Shown here: piece by piece, positions 37,199 to 47,254 of the stretch
Layout: every line of letters begins with the position of its first letter
Position numbering within the stretch: position 1 is the first letter of the stretch
DNA from: Pseudomonadota bacterium
Lineage (GTDB): Bacteria > Bdellovibrionota > UBA1018 > CAIMNF01
Direction: 5' to 3'
DNA length: 64,000 nt
Assembly: GCA_027486675.1 (NCBI GenBank)
Contig: JAIXOQ010000006.1
Coordinates: 9,125 to 73,124, forward strand
Program-made: the position numbers and the translations under genes
Notes under the pieces: generated by a model
The model's database searches: none
What the model saw: only the letters and a program-made list of their open reading frames with translations
What the model was told of the DNA's origin: nothing

Positions 37199-39203
37199 AG
37201 TTTCGTTTCTCCTTCGATTTCTTGGATTGAGTTGTGAGTCCTGGAAATTTTTGTGTTTCTTTCAGATTCATCGGCAATCGCACAATGATTTTAGTGCCGG
37301 AACTGGGCGCGCTTTGAATGGAAACCGTGCCTCGGTGTGCTTCGATGAAATAGCGGGAGAGGTAGAGGCCGAGACCGGTTCCCTTCACTCTACGGGTAAC
37401 GTCATTTTTCACTCTGTGAAAGCGTTGGAAAAGGTGACGTTGCTCAGCCTCAGGGATCCCAATACCTTGGTCTAGGATCTCAATGACAGCAAAGTCTCCC
37501 TCTTCTTTCGAAGATATTTTTACGGTCGTATTTTCTGCCGAGTACTTGATTGCATTATCGATGAGGTTCGTCAGCACCTTTTGGATGAGGCCGGCGTCCA
37601 TGCGGAAAGGAAATAATGCTTCGAAGTCAGTTTTTATAAGAATCCCTTTTGCCTGAGCCGAGAAAGCCAGTTTTGCGATGGATTGCTCTAAAATTGCTTC
37701 AAGGTCGCGTGATTGAAGCTGCAGGTTGAGGCCTTGGGTGTCGAGGCGGCTCACTTCCAATAAGGAACTCACGAAATGATTGAGTTCATCTGAAGCACCA
37801 ACAATGCTGCCGAGTACCGAACGTTCGGTTTCGTCGAGTTTCCCTTGAAGCTCGCGGTTCAGGCGTTCTGCTAGACCCTGAATTTTCGCAATTGGGGTTT
37901 TTAAATCATGAGTCACGAGTTGGAGGAAGTTGGTCTTGAGTTCCTCTACCTCAAGGAGCAAACGATTTTGTTCTTCGAGTTGTCCACGCTTCCGATGCTC
38001 TAAATAAAGGCGGAAAGGGAGCATGAGATAGAAGCTGATAATAATCGCTGAAATTGGGTTTGCTAGAGGTAGCCAGAGACCATGGATGCGTCCGATGGGT
38101 TGAAACAGAATCCACGAAGAGATCAGCCACAGCGCCAGCACCCCTGTGGTAATCCACATGAGTCGAGATGGGCGTGCTCGGAATGATGCCTGTACGAGTA
38201 GAATCGCAGTTAGAAAGACCAGGAGTGCCACGATTGGCCTTGGAGTCGTTGAAATTCCGCCATGATTTAAGATCGAGTCTAAAATAAAGGCGTGAACTAG
38301 AAGTTTAGGTACGAGCAGCGGCTCGAGGCCGTTGGGTACTGTCGTATGGTCATTGGGATTTTCTTTTTGGAAGGCGCCAACTAGGACTAAGCGTCCCTGC
38401 AGTTCGGCACTGCCGACCTTCCCGTGAATCACATCTAGGGCACTGTATGTTGGGTAAGGGAAGCGGGCGTGCTCCGCATCGTAAATAAGTGAGTCCTTCG
38501 TGTGGGGCCGGAAGAGAAAATATTCCGCGTCGGATTCCTTTTCTCGGTAAAGGCCGGGCGGTGATGAAAGATCTTGATCCGTGTAGACGCGACTCGCGAG
38601 ATTCATTTCTAAGGTGCTACGGCCATACAGCGAGACCAGTGCACGGCGGGTCACTCTGTCTTTACCAAAGATCTTTCCGTCTCGATGGATCAGTGCGACA
38701 GCGCTCGGGAGTGACTGCAGATCCTGCGGGGGTAGGACTTCGCCATTGAGGTCAAAGGGGAGCCCAAGTACGAGCGGCGTGCCTCTAAGGTTCATGCGAA
38801 TGCCGGATTGAAGGAAGCGCTCCATCGTCTTTTGGCTATCCGCTGCATTTTTTGGAATCGCTTGATTCAAGTCGACGATGTAACCAATGCCTTTGGGGTG
38901 AGCTGCTTCCAGTTTTTCTGCAAGGTCGGCGTGGGTCTCCAAAGAGAGCGGTGTGACCTCATTCAGCTCGGCGCTGGTCACGTCGTCGATGGTGATCAGT
39001 GCGATGCGGGCGTCTGGGGTGGGGTTAAAGCTTAAGCGGTGCCTGAGGTCAAACAGTGTGGATTCTATGAAGTCTAGCGGGAGGATTAAAGACGAGGCAG
39101 TGACGACGGCTGCCAAAATGACACCAAGCAGGGCCGATCTAAGTGTGAATTCCCGCGCGCTCATCCCGGACCGGATGGTATCGTTTCGACACCAATAAGT
39201 CAA
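37191..39203 (-). CDS. sensor histidine kinase with a periplasmic CHASE2-like domain
   Basis: N-terminal TM helix, a large extracytoplasmic region, 3 TM helices, then H-box (LVTHDLKTPIAKIQG), N/G boxes (NLIDNAIKYS; GTGLGL); overlaps the regulator gene by 8 nt. Confidence 0.8.
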   Translation of the reverse strand: MTYWCRNDTIRSGMSAREFTLRSALLGVILAAVVTASSLILPLDFIESTLFDLRHRLSFNPTPDARIALITIDDVTSAELNEVTPLSLETHADLAEKLEAAHPKGIGYIVDLNQAIPKNAADSQKTMERFLQSGIRMNLRGTPLVLGLPFDLNGEVLPPQDLQSLPSAVALIHRDGKIFGKDRVTRRALVSLYGRSTLEMNLASRVYTDQDLSSPPGLYREKESDAEYFLFRPHTKDSLIYDAEHARFPYPTYSALDVIHGKVGSAELQGRLVLVGAFQKENPNDHTTVPNGLEPLLVPKLLVHAFILDSILNHGGISTTPRPIVALLVFLTAILLVQASFRARPSRLMWITTGVLALWLISSWILFQPIGRIHGLWLPLANPISAIIISFYLMLPFRLYLEHRKRGQLEEQNRLLLEVEELKTNFLQLVTHDLKTPIAKIQGLAERLNRELQGKLDETERSVLGSIVGASDELNHFVSSLLEVSRLDTQGLNLQLQSRDLEAILEQSIAKLAFSAQAKGILIKTDFEALFPFRMDAGLIQKVLTNLIDNAIKYSAENTTVKISSKEEGDFAVIEILDQGIGIPEAEQRHLFQRFHRVKNDVTRRVKGTGLGLYLSRYFIEAHRGTVSIQSAPSSGTKIIVRLPMNLKETQKFPGLTTQSKKSKEKRNYA

Positions 39204-39275
39204 CAGGATTAGTCGGGGACTAGGGCAAACGAATTGCCTCGTAATGAATTCGACCGAGCTGTGGTGCGTTAATAG

Positions 39276-40566
39276 TGAGGAAACGGCTCGTTACCTCATA
39301 ATCAGGTTTTGAACCCAATATGACCCGGACCATCCGGGCGAAAGGACCTGATTAAATGAAAAGCAACGAGCCTAGAGCTGAGAATATCAGGCGTCTGAGG
39401 GAAAGATATAGGGCTGCGGATAAGAGAACCAAGGGGTCGATCTTGAATGAGTTTTGCCTCACTTGGGGCATCAGTCGGAAGCGGGCAATTGCGCTTCTGA
39501 GGGGTCAGGGCTTAAGCCTAGTGGCAAGGTCTGGGCGCAAGGCAGTTTATGACGATCGTTTGGTGCATCACGTGGTCAAACTGTGGGACAGCATGGAGCG
39601 CATATGCGCAAAACGCATGAAGGCTGCAATTCCTGTGTGGTTAGAGTTTTATCATCCGGAAGATTTAGGGCCACATTTGCGGGCGCAGTTACTGAAGATG
39701 TCTGCAAGCACGATTGAGAGATTTTTAGTCCGTGGCCGAAAACGAATCAAAGGCATGTCGCTTACGCAACGGGATCGTTTCTTCCGCTATAAAATCCCAC
39801 TCACAAACAGTAGCGACAAGATCGTGAACGTGGGCCATGTTGCGGCCGATACGGTTGCGCACTGCGGGGACAATATGAGCGGGAGTTTTGCATGGAGCTT
39901 AACTGTCACTGAGCGCATCAGTGGATGGACAGAAAACCGTGCAATGCGAGAAAAGACAGGAAATGCAGTCAAATCATCGATTTCTAACTTGGAACAAACT
40001 CTTCCATTCGATCTAGCATCGATCCAGACGGACTGTGGGAGCGAGTTCTTAAACTACACAATGATGTGCTACTTCCAGCACAGAACAGTTCCTGTTCTGA
40101 TGAGTCGGTCAAGACCTTATCAGAAGAATGACAATGCCCATGTGGAGCAGAAGAATTTTACGCACGTCAGAGAGTGCTTCGGATACGAGCGCATAAGTGA
40201 CCTAGACCTAGTTCCTCTGATGAATGAGATCTACCGTGAGTACTGGAATCCACTTCATAACTTCTTCCTGCCGCAGATGCAGCTTCTTGAGAAGGAACGT
40301 GTGGGATCAAGAATCAAGAAGAAGCATGACTTCCCAAAGACGCCGTACGAAAGACTAAAGCTCGGACGGAATGTCACCGAAGAACAGAAGGAGATCCTCG
40401 ACCGAAGGATGAAGAGCCTAAATCCCTTCACCCTAAAGCGCGGACTCGAACAAAAGCTCGATCTCTTCTTTAAACTCTTAAAACAGGGAAAAAGCGGAAG
40501 GAAAGCGGCCTGATTTAACGCCCTGCAGCTCGGTATCACTCTTCAATGAGGTAATACGGCTCACAG
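39276..40566 (+). mobile_element. IS481-like insertion sequence (about 1.29 kb) with imperfect terminal inverted repeats
   Basis: left end ...GCTCGTTACCTCAT (39286-39299) and right end ATGAGGTAATACGGCTC (40546-40562) are inverted copies (about 12 of 15 match); a single DDE transposase ORF lies inside. Confidence 0.55.
39356..40513 (+). CDS. DDE transposase, integrase-core (rve) type, IS481-like
   Basis: N-terminal HTH region; catalytic region ADTVAHCGDN...IQTDCGSEF...SRPYQKNDNAHVEQKN (D, D, E triad context of rve); 385 aa. Confidence 0.8.
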   Translation: MKSNEPRAENIRRLRERYRAADKRTKGSILNEFCLTWGISRKRAIALLRGQGLSLVARSGRKAVYDDRLVHHVVKLWDSMERICAKRMKAAIPVWLEFYHPEDLGPHLRAQLLKMSASTIERFLVRGRKRIKGMSLTQRDRFFRYKIPLTNSSDKIVNVGHVAADTVAHCGDNMSGSFAWSLTVTERISGWTENRAMREKTGNAVKSSISNLEQTLPFDLASIQTDCGSEFLNYTMMCYFQHRTVPVLMSRSRPYQKNDNAHVEQKNFTHVRECFGYERISDLDLVPLMNEIYREYWNPLHNFFLPQMQLLEKERVGSRIKKKHDFPKTPYERLKLGRNVTEEQKEILDRRMKSLNPFTLKRGLEQKLDLFFKLLKQGKSGRKAA

Positions 40567-40993
40567 CTTTCCCTTTTTCGACAAAGCCGTTCTTGAAGCA
40601 GCCTACCGCGTAAATTCCGATTGGGGACTTCTCTGCAGAAAGCCGAGAAAAAGCCGTTGCTGCTTCGCTCTCGCGTGCGTACACAATCTCAATTCCTGCT
40701 TTGGACCCGCCAGCACCGCTTTTTGACGAAAAGTGGATGGAACCACCCTTGATACTTGCGGTAGCGATCTCAAGCGCCTTTCCTCTGACGGCTGGCTTTC
40801 CATTTTGTGATTTCTTGAAGCCCTCAAGCACAGCAAGTGTGCCTGCAGGTAGATTGATCACCGAGACTTCAGCACTCCGGTCGGAGGAAGGATTCTCCAT
40901 ATTTGACGTGCTAATACCTTGAGCGAAAGCAGCATTCCCGGTTTGAAGTGCAAGTGTAAGTACCAATAAAAAAGTCGTTTTTGTCGCGTTCAT
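40478..40993 (-). CDS. hypothetical secreted protein; its 3' end runs into the IS right end and the transposase 3' end
   Basis: signal peptide MNATKTTFLLVLTLALQTGNAAFA; the last roughly 29 codons (40478-40566) lie inside the IS, implying that the insertion re-wrote the C-terminus. Confidence 0.45.
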   Translation of the reverse strand: MNATKTTFLLVLTLALQTGNAAFAQGISTSNMENPSSDRSAEVSVINLPAGTLAVLEGFKKSQNGKPAVRGKALEIATASIKGGSIHFSSKSGAGGSKAGIEIVYARESEAATAFSRLSAEKSPIGIYAVGCFKNGFVEKGKAVSRITSLKSDTELQGVKSGRFPSAFSLF

Positions 40994-41091
40994 GGACCGG
41001 ATCGTAGGGCGACTGCAGGTTTAAAGCAATAGAAAAAATGATTCAGTCGCAGAATTTTTTCTACTGCGACCAGAAGTAAATCAGGCTCATT

Positions 41092-42657
41092 TCAAGACAT
41101 GACCGTCCGGGACTGTTCCCGCATGAATTGCGCCACATAATAGGGTCCGCAGCCCCCTTTTCCGCCCGCTCCCGACCCCTTCCAGCCGCAGAAGGACTGT
41201 ACTCCCGGCCATGCCCCGGTTGTGGCACCCGTTTTCCGGTTTGCGTAAGTGATGCCGCATTCGATGTGATCAAAGAAATATTCGAGCTCGCCTTCGTCAG
41301 CGCTAAAGATTCCGCTCGTGAGTCCGTATTGGCTTTTGTTTGCCTCAGCAATCGCAGCCTTCAGATCCGCGAACGTGGTCAGTGCTAAAAAGGGCGCGAA
41401 GAGTTCGTCTCGAAAGAGGCTGCTGCTGGTGGGCACTTCCACTAAGGTCGGTTCCACAAAAAGACCATGCGCGAAATCGCCTCCGGATTTTCTTAAGTCA
41501 CTTCCGCCACACAAAATCTTCCCGTCCTTCTTCGCAGTTTCCACTGCAGCAAGAAAACGATTCAAGGCCCGTTCATTGATGATTGGCCCCATGAAGGTTT
41601 CTTTTTTCTCAGGGTTTCCGATTTTGATTTCTTTCGCTCGTTTGATGAAGGCAGCGACGAATTGGTCCTTCTTTGAGGCATGCACAAATACGCGGGACAG
41701 CGCCGAGCATTTTTGCCCTGTGAGTCCGTATGCACTTCGCACGCAGCCCTCCACAGCTTTTTCAAGATCAGCGGTGGCACAAACAAATGCAGCATTTTTT
41801 CCGCCCAGTTCAAGGAGCACGGGTTTTGGAAAGTCAGTCACAGCATTACGTAAGACTTTCATTCCCACCTCTTTGCTGCCAGTGAATACAACTCCATCTG
41901 ACAGGGGATGCTTCACCATGAGTTCCCCGGTTTCAGCACCTTGGCCGAACAGGACATTAAATACTCCAGCAGGTAGGCCCGCGTCCCGCATGCATTCGTA
42001 AAGTTTGTACGCAGACCAAGGCGCGTCGTCTGAGGGTTTCAGTACAACAGTATTTCCTGCGGTCGATGCAGCTGCGGCCATTCCAGTGGAAAGAGCCATT
42101 GGAAAGTTAAAGGGCGCGATCACACTAAATACCCCGTAAGGACGCAGCACGCTGATCGCGTTTTCATTGTCGGACAGTTTTCCCATTTGGCGTTTGAAGC
42201 CTTGGGTATCTTCGATTTGCTGCACGTAGTAGCGGATCAAGTCTGCGGCTTCTTCAACATCACCCAAAGCTTCAAGTCTGCTTTTGCCGACCTCAAGAAT
42301 CATGATGGCTGCGATTTCTAAGCGGCGTTCACTGATTAAGTCAGCAGCCTTACGTAAAAGTTTTGCACGATCCTGCCAGGGAGTGTTGCCCCAAGAACTT
42401 TTGTAAGCCTCGTGTGCTGCTTGGTAGGCCTGATCCACCTGAGGTGCGCCTGCGACATGGAAACGTCCTAAGACTTGTTCGATGAGGCTTGGATTTCGGT
42501 TTTCAAGAAGTTTGCCCGTTCGGACCTCTTTTGCATTGATTTGGCAGGGATACTCCTGGCCTAGAGTTTTCTTCACTCCCACGATCGCTTGATCGAGCTC
42601 CAGGTGAAGTTCATCCATGTTTGCATTCAGTGCAGAATAGGTGATTCGAAATGCCAT
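41092..42657 (-). CDS. aldehyde dehydrogenase family protein, likely L-glutamate gamma-semialdehyde (P5C) dehydrogenase
   Basis: ALDH catalytic Cys context (LTGQKCSALSRVFV) and Glu (VLLELGGKN); 521 aa, RocA/PruA-like in size. Confidence 0.75.
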   Translation of the reverse strand: MAFRITYSALNANMDELHLELDQAIVGVKKTLGQEYPCQINAKEVRTGKLLENRNPSLIEQVLGRFHVAGAPQVDQAYQAAHEAYKSSWGNTPWQDRAKLLRKAADLISERRLEIAAIMILEVGKSRLEALGDVEEAADLIRYYVQQIEDTQGFKRQMGKLSDNENAISVLRPYGVFSVIAPFNFPMALSTGMAAAASTAGNTVVLKPSDDAPWSAYKLYECMRDAGLPAGVFNVLFGQGAETGELMVKHPLSDGVVFTGSKEVGMKVLRNAVTDFPKPVLLELGGKNAAFVCATADLEKAVEGCVRSAYGLTGQKCSALSRVFVHASKKDQFVAAFIKRAKEIKIGNPEKKETFMGPIINERALNRFLAAVETAKKDGKILCGGSDLRKSGGDFAHGLFVEPTLVEVPTSSSLFRDELFAPFLALTTFADLKAAIAEANKSQYGLTSGIFSADEGELEYFFDHIECGITYANRKTGATTGAWPGVQSFCGWKGSGAGGKGGCGPYYVAQFMREQSRTVMS

Positions 42658-42675
42658 GGAGGCACGGTAGCAAAT

Positions 42676-43515
42676 TCAAATTAAACTTGCCAGAACCCCA
42701 GCCACGACCGCCTTTGCGGACTTCCGACACATCTTGAGGATGCTTTCATGATCGAGCGTTTGCTGCGATAGTCCTGTGCCTAGATTACTAATCAAGGAGA
42801 TCCCCGCAACTGTCGCACCGGCGTGTCCAAGTGAAATTGCTTCCCACACTGTGGACATGCCGACAGCGTGGAGGCCAAGTTTTCCGAAGATCGATACTTC
42901 GATCGGTGTTTCAAAGCTTGGGCCTAAAACGCCACAATAGTTTCCGTCATGGACCTTCACACCTAGGCTTGCGATGTGTCTCTTTAATGTTTCCCCAAGC
43001 TCTAGGTTGTAGAGTTTGCTCATATCGGGGAATCGGGCCCCGATCAGCTTGCCATCAGGCCCCTTCGGATTTGGACCCATCAGTGGGTTATTACCGGTGA
43101 AGTTGAAGTGGTCCCTGATGATCATCGCGTCGCCCGGCGTGAAGTTAGTCGTTAAGCCGCCCGCTGCATTCGTCAGCACAAAAGTTTTCACACCGGCTAA
43201 ACAGGGGATCATAACCGTTCGAGTGACCTCTTCAGGTGTGTGACCCTCGTAGCCATGTAATCGTCCGAACTGAAGGGATACGACCGTGGACCCGTTTGAG
43301 ATCCAAACGTACTCACCCTTGTGATCCACGACCGTTGAAGGACAAAGACCATCGAGCTCGCCGAATTTTATACGCCCACGAATCGCCCAGCCCGCAGGAA
43401 GTGTTTCTAATGCCTCACCATAGCCGGAGCCTAAGACCACGTGCGCTGTAGGGACTGTGACTCCGCAGTCACGCCAAGCTTTTTGGATTTGATCAACAGC
43501 AAGTTGTGAAACCAT
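42676..43515 (-). CDS. purine nucleoside phosphorylase (PNP/MTAP family I)
   Basis: VLGSGYG phosphate loop; GHTPEEV; TNAAGGL; 279 aa. Confidence 0.8.
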   Translation of the reverse strand: MVSQLAVDQIQKAWRDCGVTVPTAHVVLGSGYGEALETLPAGWAIRGRIKFGELDGLCPSTVVDHKGEYVWISNGSTVVSLQFGRLHGYEGHTPEEVTRTVMIPCLAGVKTFVLTNAAGGLTTNFTPGDAMIIRDHFNFTGNNPLMGPNPKGPDGKLIGARFPDMSKLYNLELGETLKRHIASLGVKVHDGNYCGVLGPSFETPIEVSIFGKLGLHAVGMSTVWEAISLGHAGATVAGISLISNLGTGLSQQTLDHESILKMCRKSAKAVVAGVLASLI

Positions 43516-43540
43516 CGTTCAGTTGTGGCAGATTTGGGCG

Positions 43541-44881
43541 CTATACGGCAAACGAATCTAGCGCCTGAAGAGTTCTATGAGTGAGTTCTTCGACGACAGC
43601 CGTGGATGAATTAATAGGTGGTCCAATCATGAAGAGGTCCCCATCGGTTCCATTGGCTTGTCCCACATTGGGCCAAAAAATGATTCCTGTGTCTTGTGCA
43701 TGAGCGACGAATCTTTCTGCAACCTTCTCCGCACGTGCGAAGGGCGCTTTCGTCTCCTTGTTCTTCACAAGCTCAACTCCAGCAAGCCATCCCGTGCCGG
43801 TGACTGACCCGACGAGCGGATGCTCGGCGATTTTTCTTCTCAGCTGTTGTTGGAGAGCTGACGCGGCACTGGCACCCGAGGTGAGTGTATTGTTGCGGTC
43901 GATGTAGGTGAGGGCAGCAAGTGCTGCTGCAGCCATGCAAGGAGCTTGGAGGTAAGTCTGAGCGTGCATGAAGTAACCAGAGGATCGTTTCATCGTATCG
44001 AGATCCTTTTGTTGAACCAGCAATGCCGACACCGGCATATATCCGCTATTTAAGCCCTTACCTAAAACCAAAATATCGGGTTTCAGACCAAAGTGTTCGG
44101 ATGCAAAAAATTTTCCGCTTCTCCCTGATCCACACAGCACTTCGTCAGCGATCATGAGAATTCCATGCTTTTTGCACAGGTCCGAAACACGCTGAAAGTA
44201 GTCTTGGGGTGGAGCCCAAGCGCCGGTGCTTGATCCACTGATGGTTTCAAAAATGAAAGCGAAGATCGTGTCGCCACCTTCTTTTTGGAGGAGCTGTTCC
44301 AGCTCAGCAATGTAGTGGTCCGTGCCTTGAGATTCGTAATCTTTTACAGGATTTCGGTATCCATACGGGCAACTCACAGTGAGCACTTCTGAAAGAAGAG
44401 GACCGTAGAGTTTTTTGTAGTGGGGGCGACCTGAGGCCGAGAGTGCGTAGAGCGTATTGCCGTGGTAACCCGGGGTGCGTGTGATCAGCTTTGTTCTTTT
44501 GGGTTCCCCGCGATCGACACACAGCTGCCGCGCAAACTTGATTGCTGCTTCAACGGCCTCTGAGCCGGAAGATAACAGAGCGACACGATCTAAACCTAAG
44601 GGTGCCGCCTTTTTTGCTAAATTGTCGGCACACTCCTCCATGATCCGAGAGGTAAACTGCATCCCATTGACGTAGGCGACGCGCGAAAGCTGCTGCGCGA
44701 TGCCCTGCACCAGCTCTTCATTTCCATGGCCTAGGGTTACGACGAGTGCTCCACCGCACGCGTCTAAATAACGTTTTCCGTCTTGGTCAAAAAGTTCTAT
44801 CCCCTTTCCATGAGAAATCACGGGGTAGTTTTTTGTGAGGCTTCGGAGGAGGACATGGCCCGCAGGGTAGGTGATGGACAT
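43541..44881 (-). CDS. class-III (omega) aminotransferase, PLP-dependent
   Basis: 446 aa; DEV...G.GR.GK pattern (IADEVLCGSGRSGKFFA) typical of class-III aminotransferases. Confidence 0.8.
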   Translation of the reverse strand: MSITYPAGHVLLRSLTKNYPVISHGKGIELFDQDGKRYLDACGGALVVTLGHGNEELVQGIAQQLSRVAYVNGMQFTSRIMEECADNLAKKAAPLGLDRVALLSSGSEAVEAAIKFARQLCVDRGEPKRTKLITRTPGYHGNTLYALSASGRPHYKKLYGPLLSEVLTVSCPYGYRNPVKDYESQGTDHYIAELEQLLQKEGGDTIFAFIFETISGSSTGAWAPPQDYFQRVSDLCKKHGILMIADEVLCGSGRSGKFFASEHFGLKPDILVLGKGLNSGYMPVSALLVQQKDLDTMKRSSGYFMHAQTYLQAPCMAAAALAALTYIDRNNTLTSGASAASALQQQLRRKIAEHPLVGSVTGTGWLAGVELVKNKETKAPFARAEKVAERFVAHAQDTGIIFWPNVGQANGTDGDLFMIGPPINSSTAVVEELTHRTLQALDSFAV

Positions 44882-44926
44882 AGGGTCAAGCTTTAAGCGC
44901 GAGACTTACGTCTGTAAAGACTGGTT

Positions 44927-45979
44927 TTAGGGGTCGACTCCGCAAGTGTTCGTTGCTGCTGTTGAGCTAAAGGTGCTGGGATACGCTTTTGCGGAATAGG
45001 TTTCCGTCGTTGAGTCATATACAATGGTGGTGACTCGGATTCCGATCGAGTTCCTGCAACTTGATCCCTCAAACTGATCCTTGATTGGGACGATGATATT
45101 CGGATTTTCTAAACATGTTGGGTTGGTGTACGAGCAACCCAAAACGAAGAGTGTATTTTCTATTCCAGGGGAGAGAATGCGATTCCAGTTATAGGGTGGG
45201 CTTGTGTATGTGGAAGCCAATTGATTTGGATAATGCACTATGATCGGGCCATCGCTACTCGTGTTGACCTGGTAGCGCAGGCGCCAAATGTAGCTCGTGT
45301 GTACTGCAGCGGGTAACACCGCGATCGCCCAACGATCGAAGTCCTGATCGGAGTTTGTGCCGCTCACTTGGGCTTGAGTTAACCCATAAAGACCGCCTTC
45401 AGCCTCACTGACTGGAACGCTCGAGACCGTCGCCGTAGCCAGTGCTCTAATCGAAGGTCCAACGCGAAGTGGAAGGATAGCTTCTTCCTGGGTGCCTATC
45501 GTGAGTTCTGCGCCCACTGGAAAAAGATCGTCAGTATTACCTGACGATAATGCGCAGTTTGCACCGGATGTGGCGTTCAGGGGTTTATGCAGAAAGCCGG
45601 CTGCACCTATGGTGGCATCACCAGCGAATGATTTTTCGATTTCAACAATCGGAAAAACGGTTGAGGGGACTTCTGTGTTGGCCGCAGCCACCAGGGGCAT
45701 CCGTCCTTCCAGCCTTCGCGTCGTCCAATCTGAAAGGCTTCCTCCCTGGCCGGAATTTTTTTTCCCGGGCCTTAAGCCGAATATCATGCTGTTTTGAATG
45801 CAGTTCTGTGTTCCAACTGTCGGGGACTCAAGAAGGGCAAACCATTCCTGAGATAGATCTCTTGATTCTTGTCCTTGAAGAGCAGGCTGTAACTGAACGG
45901 TCGTTTTCCTCGACACATCGGCACATCCGATCACAGCAATCGGCAGTAAAATGAAATGGAAAATTGTGGGAAGTTTCAC
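44927..45979 (-). CDS. hypothetical lipoprotein
   Basis: start trimmed to a GTG giving MKLPTIFHFILLPIAVIGC (lipobox) so the gene does not overlap the MFS gene; Cys- and Thr-rich mature region. Confidence 0.4.
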   Translation of the reverse strand: MKLPTIFHFILLPIAVIGCADVSRKTTVQLQPALQGQESRDLSQEWFALLESPTVGTQNCIQNSMIFGLRPGKKNSGQGGSLSDWTTRRLEGRMPLVAAANTEVPSTVFPIVEIEKSFAGDATIGAAGFLHKPLNATSGANCALSSGNTDDLFPVGAELTIGTQEEAILPLRVGPSIRALATATVSSVPVSEAEGGLYGLTQAQVSGTNSDQDFDRWAIAVLPAAVHTSYIWRLRYQVNTSSDGPIIVHYPNQLASTYTSPPYNWNRILSPGIENTLFVLGCSYTNPTCLENPNIIVPIKDQFEGSSCRNSIGIRVTTIVYDSTTETYSAKAYPSTFSSTAATNTCGVDP

Positions 45980-46037
45980 CCCCTCAGAATCGCCGAAGGT
46001 GTGCCGAGTCGAATAGCCCGTGACAAATGTTTGAGCG

Positions 46038-47240
46038 TCAGGAAACAAACCTGATGCGGCGTCCCACAACGTACGCAAGAAGCCCGAAGAACGTTGCCAC
46101 ATAGGCGGTGAGTTGAAACCCCGTCAACGGTCCGCCGTCTAGAGGGGATGAGACCAGAAAACCACCCACGAGTGCTGCTGTTGCAGTGCCAAACTGTTGC
46201 ACCGCAGAATTAAGGCTCAAAAAGCTCCCGCGAGTGGCTTGCGGGACGCTTGAGGACACAATCGTCATCGATGGGATAAACCGAGAGTTCGAAAAAATGA
46301 AATAAAGCGTCGAGCTTAAAAGTACGACAAACACGGTCGAGATATGCACATGGGTGAGCGCGTAGACAGGGATCAGAAACAAAAGACCCGTGAATTTAAA
46401 GACCCGAGTCGGTCCAAAACGATCGCAAAGCTTTCCCACCAAAGGGCCACTGATCGTGGTGAATAGACCACCTAGGAAATAGAGGTAAGGAAGATTAGCT
46501 TCTTTAAAACCTAAATTCCGAGTGATGTAGGGCGCGATAAATGGAATCACACAAAACTGGCTTAGCATCATCGCAAAAGTCATTAATAGTGCGAGCCTGC
46601 TGTTGCCGTGCGAAGCGGCAGCCTTGATCCCAGTCAGAAGCTGCGGCCGTGGCATACCCTTCTTTTCAAGATGCCCTCGCACCGGTGGAATCCACGTGTA
46701 AGCCATCAGAAGAAGGATCGACCCGGCAAGCACGATGGCAAAGAACGGTGCGTGCCAGTCAAACGTGTTGGCAAGAAAGAGACCTAATGGAACGCCTACA
46801 ATCGCGGATAGGGAAAATGCACCCATGATGCGACCCATGGCATATCCGCGTTTTTCAGCTGGAAATGTGTCGGCGATGATTGCAAATGAAATTCCAGAAA
46901 GTACTCCGCCAAAACACCCGGCGAGCGCACGCATCACCAGCAACATGGAGTAGTCAAATGCAAACGCACAACCGATGGTGCCGACTAAGAATCCCAAGTA
47001 AGCGCAGAGTAATGCGACCTTACGGTCGATCCGATCGAAAATCATCGATCCTAAAAGTCCACAGACGCCAGCTGCAAGCGTGTAGGCGCTCACTAGCACG
47101 CCAAATTGGCGAGCGGAGATCGAAAAAACACGCATGAGATGCGGTCCGAGTGGCATGAGAACCATAAAGTCCATGATGTTCGTGAACTGGATGAGTGCTA
47201 AAAGGACAAGCACTCGCAGTTGTTGGGACTCAGACAGCAT
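46038..47240 (-). CDS. MFS transporter
   Basis: 12 predicted TM helices; MFS signature-like GxLxDRxGR (GSMIFDRIDRK). Confidence 0.8.
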   Translation of the reverse strand: MLSESQQLRVLVLLALIQFTNIMDFMVLMPLGPHLMRVFSISARQFGVLVSAYTLAAGVCGLLGSMIFDRIDRKVALLCAYLGFLVGTIGCAFAFDYSMLLVMRALAGCFGGVLSGISFAIIADTFPAEKRGYAMGRIMGAFSLSAIVGVPLGLFLANTFDWHAPFFAIVLAGSILLLMAYTWIPPVRGHLEKKGMPRPQLLTGIKAAASHGNSRLALLMTFAMMLSQFCVIPFIAPYITRNLGFKEANLPYLYFLGGLFTTISGPLVGKLCDRFGPTRVFKFTGLLFLIPVYALTHVHISTVFVVLLSSTLYFIFSNSRFIPSMTIVSSSVPQATRGSFLSLNSAVQQFGTATAALVGGFLVSSPLDGGPLTGFQLTAYVATFFGLLAYVVGRRIRFVS

Positions 47241-47254
47241 GAAACGATCGTAAC

